Assembly (NCBI GenBank): GCA_964016885.1
Contig: OZ024746.1
Location: 49,290,001-49,354,000 of the forward strand
DNA: 64,000 nucleotides
Direction of reading: 5' to 3'
Source of the DNA: Eledone cirrhosa
Lineage: Eukaryota
The notes under the pieces were generated by a model, which was not told the DNA's origin, did not search any database, and saw only the letters and a program-made list of their open reading frames with translations. Shown here one piece after another: positions 40,614 to 54,782 of the stretch; the first letter of the stretch is position 1, and every line of letters begins with the position of its first letter. The position numbers were made by a program, and so were the translations under genes.

Positions 40614-41272
40614 CTAGTAGTAAAGCCCGGCGTTGCTCGGGGTCGCTCAGTAGCTGTGTTAAAGTTACAATGTTAAGTTTCTTTTTTGGCTTAAAGTCTG
40701 TCTGCACGACTGTCTGTCTGCACGCCTAACGAAATTTACAGATACATATATTTTAAATAAACTTATATAATGTTTGCTTTTTTTTACGAAATATTTGCTT
40801 GTTTTACGTAGTCTTTAAATAGACTTGTTTTCAAGTAAAAATATTGTTTTAAAAGGCTTTTAAATGGAAATGAAGCAAAACGGAAGCTTCGTGTTCGAAC
40901 TGATGAATTTTGCAAGTCAAAATTTTGCTGGCTCGACAACTGTTCGTGTATTGTGTTAATGTCATTTTAAACGCTGAGAAAGCCAGCGTAATTTTTTTAA
41001 TTTTTGCACGCAGAAAATGTAAACAGAACGTAAGACGCTCAATGTAAACAGAACAAAGGGAAATAACTCGTCACTTACGCTCAAAAATCGATACATTAGA
41101 TTCGATTTCGTCACATAGGGTGGGTCAATTTGAAATATTTTTTTCCGATGTCTTCGCTAGGGCTCAATGTACAAGTATAGCAATTTCGGTGCAATTCCGT
41201 CAGAGATTCTAAGAGGATATGTGTGCCAAAAATCGATAGACAGACAGACAACCACAGCTTTATATATATAGA
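40614..41272 (-). mobile_element. Non-autonomous Helitron
   Basis: Minus strand starts A|TCTATATATATAAAG..GTCTGTCT and ends ccccgagcaacgccggg-ctttacta-CTAG|T. Confidence 0.85.
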
Positions 41273-41425
41273 TTGCTCTGATTATTTAATTTATTAATTC
41301 ATCATTGAGCCACATCATGAATGGTTGCCAAAATATATATATATCTGTGACTTTGTCTAGTTTGTGTGTATGTAAATCTTTATATTTGATAATCTCCCAT
41401 AAGGTTGAGATGCAATTTGGGCAAT

Positions 41426-41671
41426 ATTGGGCTGCGCTTTCTAGCAACCAGCCCACTCGCCGTAGGCACCAATCACATTCTTTCTGACTTGACCACTGCC
41501 ACGTCACATTTCTTAGCCATTTTGAATTCGTTTCTGCAGGGGATCATTTAAGAAAACTCTTTGTCCAAGTGAGTTTGTTTCCTGGTGAGTTCGAAGCTCG
41601 AGAATTTATCCTTGATAGGATATTTCCGAAAGCGAACGAACCCTAAGGGTAGAAACGTAATCCTGGTATGT
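41426..41671 (+). promoter_or_regulatory. Candidate promoter and non-coding first exon
   Basis: ATTGG (41426), ctagcaac RFX half-site (41441), CCAAT (41469), TGCCACGTCA (41497), YY1-like GCCATTTTG (41516), donor CTG|GTATGT (41666). Confidence 0.4.
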
Positions 41672-42488
41672 GTATATGTATTTTTTCTTCTAACTTTAAT
41701 TTTATACCTAATTGTGTATGGTTGATGGTATATTTAATCGATTTCCACGTGCTATTGAAATGTTGGGTAAATATTCTATAGCGGTTGACCGCGAATAGAT
41801 GGCTGTCGTTTATTTATCCACTATTTCTTCATAGCTGCCTTTTAATATTATAGCCTGGTTTAATTGGTTTTTTGTGTGGTTGATTATGCTAATTGGGAGA
41901 GGAAATGGTGTATATATATTATCAAATGATTCTATGGACATACTTTATAGTATATATATAATACGAGGTTTAAGATAGGAGATACAGTGAGAATGTAAGC
42001 AATGCAACATTTCTTTCATATGCATAAAGACACGACAAATCCACATCATTACACCGACAAATATGTGCTGCTTGGTTACGCATAGAATCGTGATTAAATA
42101 TATATAATATAATGTAATGCGGAGAAAGTTCACATGTCTACAAATGTATATGCAACTATATTTTTCAGTGTAATGCTATTACAAAACAAATAATTATTGC
42201 ATATAGAACAAAAATACAAGAGAATAAAGTAGAAACAAAGATTCACAATATTGTTATTATATCATACTGTATGGAAGTTAATCATTTCTATGTAAGCTGA
42301 CAGGAAATATCTGATAAATAACTTCTCGTACTTACATCAGATACTCATTGTTTAAAAGGTTTAGATATACACGTGAGAGCGAGTGAGAGTGTGTTTGTCA
42401 ATGTGTACTTTAGCGTTTATATATGTGTGTTATTGAATACTAGTATTCATATTCGACAGATATATTTATATATTATATATTATGTGTC

Positions 42489-42527
<39 letters not shown>

Positions 42528-42530
42528 ATG

Positions 42531-42631
<101 letters not shown>

Positions 42632-42699
42632 ATATATATATTATATATAATATATAATATATATATATAATATATAATACAGTATATATGTATAATATA

Positions 42700-42743
<44 letters not shown>

Positions 42744-42881
42744 TATACATATATACTGTATTATATATTATATATATATATATTATATATTATATATATA
42801 TTATATAATATATATATATGTGTGTGTGTATATACACACATGCACACATATATATATATAAAATGTATACACACAGATACG

Positions 42882-42949
<68 letters not shown>

Positions 42950-43803
42950 CGTATCTGTGTGTATACATTTTATATATATATATGTGTGCATGTGTGTGTG
43001 TATTTTATATATATATATATATGTATATCTTACGTGTGTATATATTTTGTGTGTGTGTGTACCTATGTATATATATATTTTTTTAAATCTTTTTGTATGT
43101 ATATATTTCATATATATGCGTGTTCTGTGTATATATATATTATATATATATATATGTATACTTGTGCGTACATGCATGCATGCATATGTATATATTCACA
43201 CCTGTATGGATTTGTGTGTGTAGATGTGTGAGTGTTTGAGGGGGTAGGTGTGAGTGTATGTACAAGTGAACCAGCATAAACCCATTATTTCTAAATTTTC
43301 GAAACTATCTAAGTATTGGACGCTAACCATTATATTATGTATTACCACCCCACTTTTTATATGTGTAGAAGTGTGTATGTGTCTGTGGAGGTGTGTGTGA
43401 GTGTAGTGCAAGCCAACCTACATAAGCCTTTTTATTTGTAAACTTTCTACACCAACCATAATTTTCAGTAGCACCACTCTACATAAATTCCTCAATTTAA
43501 GAATGACCTGTAGTATCTATTTCATACTATTAACCTTATTTAAAAATATATCTGACCAAGAATGCCTTTTGTGAAAATCAGTCATGTGGAACTATTGTCA
43601 TCTTGCCTGATGGTTTGAACCTTACAAACCCACCTGTCCCTTTGAGGTCAAATACCAACCTACTACCATCTACAAACTGCCCAATGAGAATCAAGACTAT
43701 TCCTGCTGACAACATCAAAATATTCCTAACAAGCTCATATGTCCCAAGGCTCTGATACCATCAACACTATACACACAGAGCTGGCATATCTAAGAACTGA
43801 CTA

Positions 43804-43859
43804 ACTGCCTGATGAGGTCATAGCCATTCAATGGCTATCATCGAAATATATATAGCAGT
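43804..43859 (+). ncRNA. Type I hammerhead ribozyme
   Basis: actgc-CTGATGA-ggt-catagccatt-c-aatggctat-catc-GAAA-tatata-TA-gcagt. Perfect 5-bp stem I; followed by aataaa. Confidence 0.9.
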
Positions 43860-43972
43860 AAATAAAGGATTATGAGTTCATGCAATTGACTTATGTTTCG
43901 TCACTATATTTATATATATATTTATATTATATATTATATATGTATATATATATTCACCACCTTTCACTCTAC

Positions 43973-44092
<120 letters not shown>

Positions 44093-44353
44093 ATCTATCT
44101 ATCTATCTCTCTCTCTCTCTCTCTCCCCTTCTTTCCCTTGAGTGTTTTATATACACTCGGAGATATGCAAGCGTAAATAGTGATAGAAAACGAATGTAAG
44201 AAATGCACCAAGCACACACATACATACAGAAAGACGCATACACATATATATATATACATGTATTTAAACGTGTATTTACAATTTTTCTTATTAATATTAA
44301 TACACATATAGCTAGATGCAGGCTTTTGATTTACATTAAATATAAATCCCCTG

Positions 44354-44399
<46 letters not shown>

Positions 44400-44404
44400 T
44401 TATA

Positions 44405-45171
44405 TATATGAAAATATGAGTGAGAAGAAAACTGCTGGTTGCACATGGATAACATGTTATAAAATGAGTCCCTCATCAGTGATTTGCCAAACGATCATGG
44501 GTATTTCATCGCATTAAAAATCATATACCTCACGTTGGAGCGATAATAACTAAAATAAGTTATTAGGACAATAGAAACGCGTAAAGCGAGTGAGACAAGT
44601 AAACAACACAGGGGGAAGCTAACCGAAGATGGAAATAAACACAAGCAACATAGTTATTCTTTCAGCATAAGCTGTGTGAATATATGAGCGAGTCGAAAAA
44701 CAGACCTTTCGCTAGTGAATCCGGTGTTAGAAAGAATGAAAACCGTTTTCCCAGCGAACGGGAGGAAGAAAGAAGGGGAGAAACGGGGACTAAGTGAGTG
44801 GGAGTGCGAGGAAGAGGTCAGTAGAGAGAAAGAGTTAATTGACATGGCAGAGGGGACGAAAGAAAGTAAGAGAAACAGAGAGAACGAGGGAGCAGTAAGA
44901 GAGAAAGAGGGAAACACAGAATTACAGTTTGGGTAAATATATGAAAATATGGGTGAGAAGAAAACTGCTGGTTGCACATGGATAACATGTTATAAAATGA
45001 GTCCCTCATCAGTGATTTACCAAACGATCATGGGTATTTCATCGCATTAAAAATCATATACCTCACGTTGGAGCGATAATAACTAAAATAAGTTATTAGG
45101 ACAATAGAAACGCGTAAAGCGAGTGAGACAAGTAAACAACACAGGGGGAAGCTAACCGAAGATGGAAATAA

Positions 45172-45176
<5 letters not shown>
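44405..45176. repeat. ~240-bp direct repeats with 533-bp period (1.45-mer) between microsatellites
   Basis: 44405-44643 is nearly identical to 44938-45176. Confidence 0.9.
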
Positions 45177-45258
<82 letters not shown>

Positions 45259-46785
45259 TGTATATATGCGTGTGTGTAAAATGTTTCCCCAACTTCTCTA
45301 TTTTGACCAACACACCACTTCCATGGCAGAATATACGTAAACTATTTCCATGACAACACTAGGCAAATATCTATTGCACAATCCGATATCTGTCAAATCA
45401 AACATTTCCACGTTCTTCATCGCGTTATTTTTGGCTTATTTTTTGTCTTATGAAGACATCCGTAGATAAGATATATAGAAAAATACGAACGGCCTCGAAT
45501 ATATAATCCCGTACATGCCCTTTCGTGTGCTCCACCCACCAAAAACTAGTCGGGCTGATGCCTTTAAATCCAAATGCATTTGTATTATTTAAATTTGCAC
45601 CTTCTTTTTTTTATAATTCAATACATATAATGCTCGCTATCTTTTTGTGTTTTGCATTCTTATTTTTTACAATTATATTTCTAGACAAGGCTACGCTAAT
45701 TCTGTATAACTTTCAAGACAGAAAATATATATCATGAACATGTGATGCTCTCATGTGGCGGAAGTGGTTGTGTGCATATCTTTTACAGAATCTTCCAGAC
45801 TTATAAGACCGATAGAGTTGAAGACGTTTCTCATCAAAAGTTGGTCAATGGCTGGAAGTACAGGGGTCGGAATTGCAGAATGGTGCGTTCTGGAGGAGAA
45901 GGGCTCGGCGTAAAGATTAGTGTGAAGCCTATGAGAAGATGCATTCAAATGGCTGAAGAACGGAAAAGTATGGAGGGGAGTGAATGGATGTGACATGAGA
46001 TTAGGCAACTCTGAGAAGCCACTCTAATGCGTCCATTATACTGATCAATTTTACTTGGATGACAACTTCATACTACAGGCATATTTGAGTTATTTTCTCT
46101 GAGCTCTTTTTACCGTTAATCATTTACACTATTCTAAGTCAAGAATTTCCTTAAGTTATTTTTGCATGTATGAAGTGGAAGGATTCTTGCAAAGACATTT
46201 TTGTGCAGCACGACTCCGCCCTTCCCTACAGAGCCAAAATGACCTCTAAACGGAATGAGATCTCTTAGATACACAAAAGAAGCAATGAAAGTGGCGGAAA
46301 CACATACCATCACGGTGGAATTCCAAAGAGTTCTCACTGAAAACGGCTTCCGTACTTCTCTCACCAATCACTGAAATGCCAAAGCAGCACTACGTAAAAG
46401 AATAAGGACATGAGCTCCTAGGGATAACATATGCTACCTAAATCCACCACACTACAATGAGAAGATGACAGCTGCCATCAGATAAACCATCCATTGGAAG
46501 GGACTGAATATACAGCTGGCACATTCGGGACCCTCTGTGAAGAGACCGATCCACAGATACCAACCCACATTCAACAAGATATGAACATTTCCTAATTGTC
46601 CCATGAACAACACAGAAGCGCGCATATGTTTTGCAAACACGTAGATCAGTTAGAGAAGAAAACTCTGAAAATTCTGATTGCTCGTTTGTTTTGTCTTGGA
46701 CTGTTTTAGCTTCGCATCTGACAAGGGGGTCGTAGCCCTGAAATATTATGGGTAAAACATTACTTTGTTTCATTTATCATTATTT

Positions 46786-46970
46786 TTGGCAGCATCGGTA
46801 GAGGGTCTGACGCCATGCTTTGCAGCAAAGAGTTATAGACCTTTATGATCTGAGTTCAAATCCCGCCGAGGTCAACTTTGCCTTTCATCCTTATGGGGTT
46901 GATAAAATAAAGTACCAGTAATGCACTGGGATAATTGCTGGCCTTGTGCCAAAAAGTAGAAACAATTATT
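46786..46970 (+). mobile_element. tRNA-derived SINE
   Basis: Same family body and B-box as the other copies. Confidence 0.85.
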
Positions 46971-47121
46971 TGCCTTTCGTATGTATCTACCGCATTGTAC
47001 CGGCTTTAAAAAGAATTAGTGGATTTTTACTACAGATCTCACAGTACTTCCTATTAACTACACTACTCTCGATACACACACACACACACGCACGCACGCA
47101 CGCATACCCACACGCACACAC

Positions 47122-47190
<69 letters not shown>

Positions 47191-47395
47191 ATGAAGGAAG
47201 TCTGATAAGGGACCAGGTGGACCATAACACACCAGAGTACTCAATACTTAGGGTAGTAGAGTGGGTAATAGGAAATTGTTCAAGAACCCGACGGCAGAGC
47301 TCAAGCCTTTTCGACAGTTATTTCTGGACTGAGTCCATATATATATGCACGGATGTATGTATCTTTGTATATATATATGTATGTATGTGTGTGTG

Positions 47396-47491
<96 letters not shown>

Positions 47492-47722
47492 GCTGCGTGT
47501 GTTCAGATGAGCAGTAAGGGTTTCAGAGGGAAATGTTGTTTCTATTGCTCTTGTTGTTGTTCCAGTTGTTGTTGTTAATGATGTTTGGACGGGGCGGAGT
47601 TTAAGTTGAATAGCGACGGGCAGCAGACTAAAACTTGTAGAAGAGAGAATATCTGTCAATAAAATCTGAGCAAATTCAATCAGTTGTCTATGAGATGAAC
47701 GGTATCAATGTGTGTGGGAGAG

Positions 47723-47780
<58 letters not shown>

Positions 47781-48289
47781 TTTTTAGATATATATATATA
47801 GAGAGAGAGAAAGAGATAGTAGGTGAGGAATATATCTGTACGTTGTTGTAAATATAGAAAATAATTAATTGAAATGCGAATATAAAATTTGAAACTAATC
47901 GTTCGCCTACTTCTGTGTATATTCGTTAGGTTTTGATTAACTACATGTATCCGCAACTAAAATTAGGGTAATTAATAACCAAGTTATTAACTTTAAGCTC
48001 ATGCTTTATTATTTGTTTCTTTATTGGTCTTTTTTTTTTCCTTTTTGTGTTCTTATTTCCATTATGTTATTCTTTCTTTTTTTTCATTCATACGGCTTCC
48101 GAATATTTGCAGCAACTAACACATATGTGTAAACAATACCATTCATAAATGTACATATACATGCTTGTATATCTATATAGATATGCACTGTGCGTGGGTT
48201 TGTATGAGCATAATACTTTCAAATAATTTTATGTACTATAATCATGCTCAAGAATATATACAGAATATCTAATCAACTCTCCCATTCAC

Positions 48290-48386
48290 CAAATGAATGT
48301 ACCAACACCACACTCTTCGTCTGTATATTTTCTTTCAAAAAATTCTGATAGGTTTAAAGATTTGATTTGAAACTGTCTGTTTTCAG
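48290..48386 (-). CDS. Candidate internal host exon (AENRQFQIKSLNLSEFFERKYTDEECGVGTFIW)
   Basis: Acceptor cattttatttccag, an open frame and a possible donor TTG|GTGAAT. No recognised homology. Confidence 0.2.
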
Positions 48387-48764
48387 CTGGAAATAAAATG
48401 AGGGTGGAGTTTGTTTTCGTTTCAGTGTGTTTGGCTTGAATGAATGGTTTGAACTGATCGTCAGATAGATGGACAGGGGAAGAAACTGATAGGGAAACAG
48501 ACAGACACAGATAGATAAATAGATAGATAGGAAAATACATACATACATGCATACATACATACATACATACATACATACATACATACATACATACATACAT
48601 ACATACATACATACATACATACATACATACATGATGATGGCTGTCCCTCGTTGTCGAGTATGGCCATTGCACGAGGAGAAAAAAAAAATAATAAATAAAT
48701 AAATAAAAAAATAAAAAATAAAAATTAATAAATAAATAAAAAATAAAATAAAAATAAAAAAAAG

Positions 48765-48803
<39 letters not shown>

Positions 48804-48981
48804 TACATATACATACATACACACACATATATATACACACACATATACATTAATAACAATAATAATAATAACAACAATAATAATAACGACAACAACAATA
48901 ATGATATACATATACATATATATATACACATACACGCACACACATAAACATATCTATACACACACACACACGCGATAGCAT

Positions 48982-49826
48982 CTAACAGCGCTGCTGCGAT
49001 CGAATGTGGCTTTTTAGCCCAGCCAATGATCTAAAATGTCTTGCACAGAGTCGGCAACCAAAGCATTCACTGGGAATAGTCGGCTGTGGTTGGAGTTCGT
49101 GTACTTTTGCATGTCGCTTGAGCCCTCCTGCTGATTTACATTCTCTACCACATGTTTGGCAAGCATGATGAGTAGCATCTCCAACAGCAGCCTGGTAGTC
49201 AACCACTGGTCTTACTTTATGATTGCGAAGATGACTTTCGAGTCCAGCTTTGCTTAGGCAGAGTCTCGCACAGACGCTGCATGTCAGCACCATAGGAGGA
49301 CCCTCGCCGTCTGGAAGTGCAACAGCAATGCCCTTCCTCACATCCATCTTTACTTTCTCGTATGCGATTCGAGATGCCTCAAAGGCAACTTTTCCCTCAT
49401 ATACAGTCTTTCTCCATTTATTACGATCAGCAGCAATATTTTCCCATGTATCAGCAGAGATGTTAGCGTCTTTCAGAGAGGCTTTCAAGGAATCCTTATA
49501 CCTCTTTTTTGGTTTATGTGGCGGTCGTTTCCTTTAACCAACTCTCCATAAAAGAGTTGTTTTAGTATTCTAGAATCCTTCATCCCGGCAAGGTGACCAC
49601 TCCAACGGAGTCGTTGCTTAAGCACAAGAGCTTCTATACTGTCACACATAGAGCTTTCCAAAATCTCGACATCACTGATGTGGTCCCTCCAGTGAACGCC
49701 ATGGATCCGTCTGAGACACATCTGATGGAAACGCTCCAATTGCTTAAGGTGGTATCGATATGTGACCCAGGTCTCGCAGGCATAAAGAAGACAAGAGAGC
49801 ACACATGCCCTGTACACCTTTACTAC
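48982..49826 (-). mobile_element. RTE-like LINE 3' part with three C-terminal C2H2 zinc fingers
   Basis: VYRACVLSCLLYACETW...QRLRWSGH...KQLFYGEL, then WENIAADRNKWR, CSVCARLCLSKAGLESH, CQTCGRECKSAGGLKRH and CRLCARHFRSLAGLKSH. Confidence 0.9.
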
Positions 49827-49910
49827 TACATACATACATACATACATACATACATACATACATACATACATACATACATACATACATACATACATACATA
49901 CATACATACA

Positions 49911-50300
49911 TGGTGGCTGCCAACTCGTTTTCGAGTACGGCCACTACTTTATATCTATGTAGGAAAACCCCTACCGATGCGCTAAACAAGTGTGACTTTT
50001 TAGTCCAGCCAGCGACTTGAAAACTCAGGTACAAACACTACACCTGTGACAATTATTGACACATAGTGCTGGGCCCATGGCACCATGTGATGACAAGTGC
50101 AGAGAGATCTCCAGATATAACGCAATGCCTGTGCCGTGAAGCTTTTATAGTGAGCAAAGGCGCTGCACAAAGCCAGTCCCACTCTCTTAACCAAGATGAT
50201 ATTTACCAAAAAGAATAACAAGTCAACACCATTGGATACCATCAGGATTACAGGTGTTATATCAGAGTTTTCCTTCTCCTAGATTTCTGCCTTGATAAAG
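49911..50300 (-). mobile_element. Short bipartite RTE-derived non-autonomous element (5' RTE motif + zinc-finger 3' end)
   Basis: Reverse complement of 52713-53103. A truncated copy lies at 50416-50617. Confidence 0.75.
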
Positions 50301-50681
50301 GCTAAGAGGTCATCTCTCCCGGATATGTATATATACATACATACATACATACATACATACATACATACATACATACATACATACATACATACATACATAC
50401 ACATATATATGTAAACATGGTGGCTGCCAACTCGTTTTCGAGTACGGCCACTGCTTTATATCTATGTAGGAGAAGCCCTACCGATGCGTTAAACAAGTGT
50501 GACTTTTTAGTCCAGCCAGCGACTTGAAAACTCTGGTACAAACACTACACTTGTGACAATTACTGACACAGTGCTGGGCCCATGGTACCAAGTGACAAGT
50601 GCAGAGAGATCTCGAGATATACATACATACATACATACATACATACATACATACATACATACATACATACATACATACATA

Positions 50682-50972
50682 CAAGGATGCTCACTGAACA
50701 ACCTCAGGTTACTAGCGCTAGATACTAAAACTATCATGGAAACCTGGATTTTCGACACGTGCGAACGAACCCCAATTTCTGATCACTTTGAGATCTACGC
50801 ATCTCTTAGTTGGCATGGAATTGTAGGTGGGGTGGCAGTGTTGTTTAAGAAAAGACTAGATCTCGAGGTACGGACGATCTTCCGGGAAACGGGCGGTATG
50901 TTGGTGGTCCTCTAAATGAAAAACAGCAAAGTTTGTGCTTTTAGACTAGTAGCCGTCTATGCTCCATCACAG
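50682..50972 (+). mobile_element. L1/Tx1-like AP endonuclease N-terminal fragment
   Basis: IMETW...GGVAVLFKK...TGGMLVVL*MK...FRLVAVYAP. Confidence 0.65.
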
Positions 50973-50974
50973 GC

Positions 50975-51041
<67 letters not shown>

Positions 51042-51135
51042 GGTGGTGGTGGTGGTGGTGGTGGTGGTGGTGGTGGTGGTGGTGGTGGTGGTGGTGGTGG
51101 TGGTGGTGGTGGTGGTGGCGGCGGCGGCGGCGGCG

Positions 51136-51223
<88 letters not shown>
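50975..51223. repeat. Compound triplet array (TAG)n(TGG)n(CGG)n(CAG)n(TAG)n
   Basis: Direct inspection. Confidence 0.95.
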
Positions 51224-51224
<1 letters not shown>

Positions 51225-52326
51225 CTATTATACAGCTGCATTGTTTATATCTTTTTAACTTATGAAGTATACATATATGAATATTTTAGGGGGTATGTTT
51301 GATGTTTCGGGAGTAGTAAATCGTTTTGTAAACATTTAACTAAGCTCATCTTCTTGCGTCGGACGCTCTTGTTATCAATCCCTTTAAGAAACGAACAGTT
51401 ACTACGGACATAATGTGGCTAAGTGGTTAAGAAATTCGTTTTACAATCATAAGATACCAGATTCAATCCGACTTCGTGGGATCTTGACCAAGTTTCCTTT
51501 CCCATAGCGTTGGTTCGACCAAAACTTTGAGTGAAATGTACAGAGTCGCTGGAGCAATGAACAAAATGATTTGTAATATTTGTTCTGACTCTGAACGTTC
51601 GGGATTCACATCCCACCGAGGTCAACCTTGCCCTTCATTATTTCGGGATCGATAAAATAATGTACCAGTCAAGTACTTGGGCTGATTTAATCAATTTTAC
51701 CATCCCCTTAAATTTACTGGCCTTGTGGCTAAGACAGAAATTAATATATATGTTCTAATTTCAAACTCCACCGAAGTCAATTTTGCTTTTCATACTTCCA
51801 GGGTCGATAAAATGAAGTACCAGATAAAAACTGGATCGATTTAGTCGACATTCAGATTTCCCAAAATTTCTGGCCTTGTACATGAATTAGAAATCCAATA
51901 TATGTACAAATACACAATGCTAGTATCTGAAAATCTTAAACTGCAACATAATGACCGTGTCATTATTTTAATAAGGCAGGTGGTGAGAAGATGATATCAA
52001 GAAAGATGTTCTTGAAGCATTTTCGATAACATATAAGAGACAGCTGTTCACTGACACATAAAAAGAGAATTAGATTAGTTTTCAGCAGAAGAAATTTAGG
52101 CTGCTATCATATTGCCGGTACACGCATGCGTACAGGCACACATATACACACATAGAAAACACAGGCACACACAGAGATATATAAATGATATTATGTTATG
52201 GTTAATATTATTAAATGTTGACGTGATTAATGGAATGGAGAGGTATGCACAGTCTATTAAACGTGTGCAGATTTGTAACTATATAAATATAGCTATCTGT
52301 CTAACCATGCATATGTGCACACATAC

Positions 52327-52358
<32 letters not shown>

Positions 52359-52406
52359 AGTAAAAATAAATGTGAAGACTAAAATCCGAAGAGGGCTCGA
52401 TAAAGA

Positions 52407-52448
<42 letters not shown>

Positions 52449-52643
52449 AATTTTAGTACAGCATCAACGAAGCTTTTGGCCAAGCTAACGAATGCAGATT
52501 CGGAATGCAGCTTAGCACTCGATGGAGAATATTACCCCAGAGTTATAACAATACGTTTAGACAGCTTTGCAAATCAAATATAGCGACCGACAGTCTGGCC
52601 GCATTACCATAGCAACGGAAAAAAATGAACTAAGGAAACAATT

Positions 52644-52680
<37 letters not shown>

Positions 52681-52712
52681 TGTATGTATGTATGTATGTA
52701 TGTATGTATGTA

Positions 52713-53103
52713 TTCTGTCAAGGCAGAATTCTAGGAGAAGGAAAACTCTGATATAACACCTGCAACCCTGATGGTATCCAATGATGTTGACTCGTTCTTC
52801 TTTTTGGTAAATATCATCTTGGTTAAGAGAGTGGGACTGGCTTTGTGCAGTGCCTTTGCTCACTATAAAGCTTCACGGCACAGGCATTGCTTTATATCTG
52901 GAGATCTCTCTGCACTTGTCGTCTCATGGTACCATGGGCCCAGCACTATGTGTCAATAATTGTCGCAAGTGTAGTGTTTGTACCAGAGTTTTCAAGTCGC
53001 TGGCTGGACTAAAAAGTCACACTCGTTCAGCGCATCGGTAGGGGTTCACCTACATGGATGTAAAGTAGTGGCCGTACTCGAAAACGAGTCGGCAGCCACC
53101 ATG
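52713..53103 (+). mobile_element. Short bipartite RTE-derived element embedded in (TATG)n
   Basis: Starts ctaggagaaggaaaactctga and ends CSVCTRVFKSLAGLKSHTRSAHR* + short UTR + (tatg)n. Confidence 0.75.
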
Positions 53104-53156
53104 TATGTATGTATATATACATATATATATATATATCCGAAGAGGTCTCAATAAAG

Positions 53157-53240
<84 letters not shown>

Positions 53241-53793
53241 AGTGTAAGTTTCTACACAAAACGAAGGTTATAGAGAAAATTGAGGTTGGTAATGGCACAT
53301 GGAATATATAAGAGACAGGATACTTTTTGTGAAAAAACATATAATTTTATAAGGTAAGGAAATAATAAAGGGTATAAAAAATGACCGGTTTCGATGGGTC
53401 TGCAAAAGCCATCTTTTCAAATGTTGATTAATATTAAGAAAATTAATAATAAGAGTTAAAATTTGAGATTTGAAAATTCAAGTATAAAATTCAGTGTGGG
53501 ATTTCATAGTAGTTTTCATCTTGGTAGCAGCAAGTTGACTGCTGTGTGCCTTTCTGGTAGTGAATGAGGAGTTATTTGGGGGAGTGGGTTATTTTATAAA
53601 GGTCAGATTTAGCAATGGCCAGATGGCCAGCTGCTGGTCAGTGAGGGGGTGGAAGCAATATACATACATATATCTCCCTGTGGTCGGTAGGAGAGGGGAG
53701 AGTGATAGAAAGGTATTTAGTGCACTTACACCTATATAGACACACATACCCTCATCCACACACACATACATATACATATACATACATATACAC

Positions 53794-53928
<135 letters not shown>

Positions 53929-54345
53929 TATATACATATACACACATACATACACACACACATACATATACATACACACATATACACACACACATATATA
54001 CACATACACACACATATATATATACACACACATACACATATATATACATACACATACATCGAGATACACACATACATACACACACACATATATATATATA
54101 TGTACATACACATATATACACACATATATATACACATATATATATACACACACACACATACATACACACACACACATATATGCATACATACACACATACA
54201 AACACACACACACACACACATATATACACATACACACACATATATATACACACACACACATATATATACACATACGCATACATCCAGATACACACATACA
54301 CACACACACACACACAATACATACACATACATACATCCACATGCA

Positions 54346-54402
<57 letters not shown>

Positions 54403-54782
54403 CCACACACATAGAGAAATGGCCTCCAAATATATATATATATACATACATACACATATTTTTTCCATAATATAAGAAGTTAGGACATTGAAATTAAAAT
54501 ACAAGTCATTCTGATCACATTGAGTTCTTCATGTAGATTGGGCCCCGCAACCGACAGTGGTGAATTATGTGTGCGCATATATATATAGATATATGTGTGT
54601 GCACGTGCAGGGTTTAACATGGATGTGTTGGTCACCCAAAGGCATGGTCTGTCAACGAATAAACCTGATTCTACAGAATTGGTCTCTGGTCTTTAATAGT
54701 AGTGATAATTATATACATGCACACATACACACACATACATCTGTCACTCCGTGCGTATGTGTGTTTATATTTTATGACAATT

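Noticed and set aside
51411-51540. tRNA-like sequences (also ~23610-23740, 31900-32020, 37190-37260, 57990-58110)
   Set aside because: A/B boxes are present but no complete cloverleaf. They are SINE heads, not tRNA genes.
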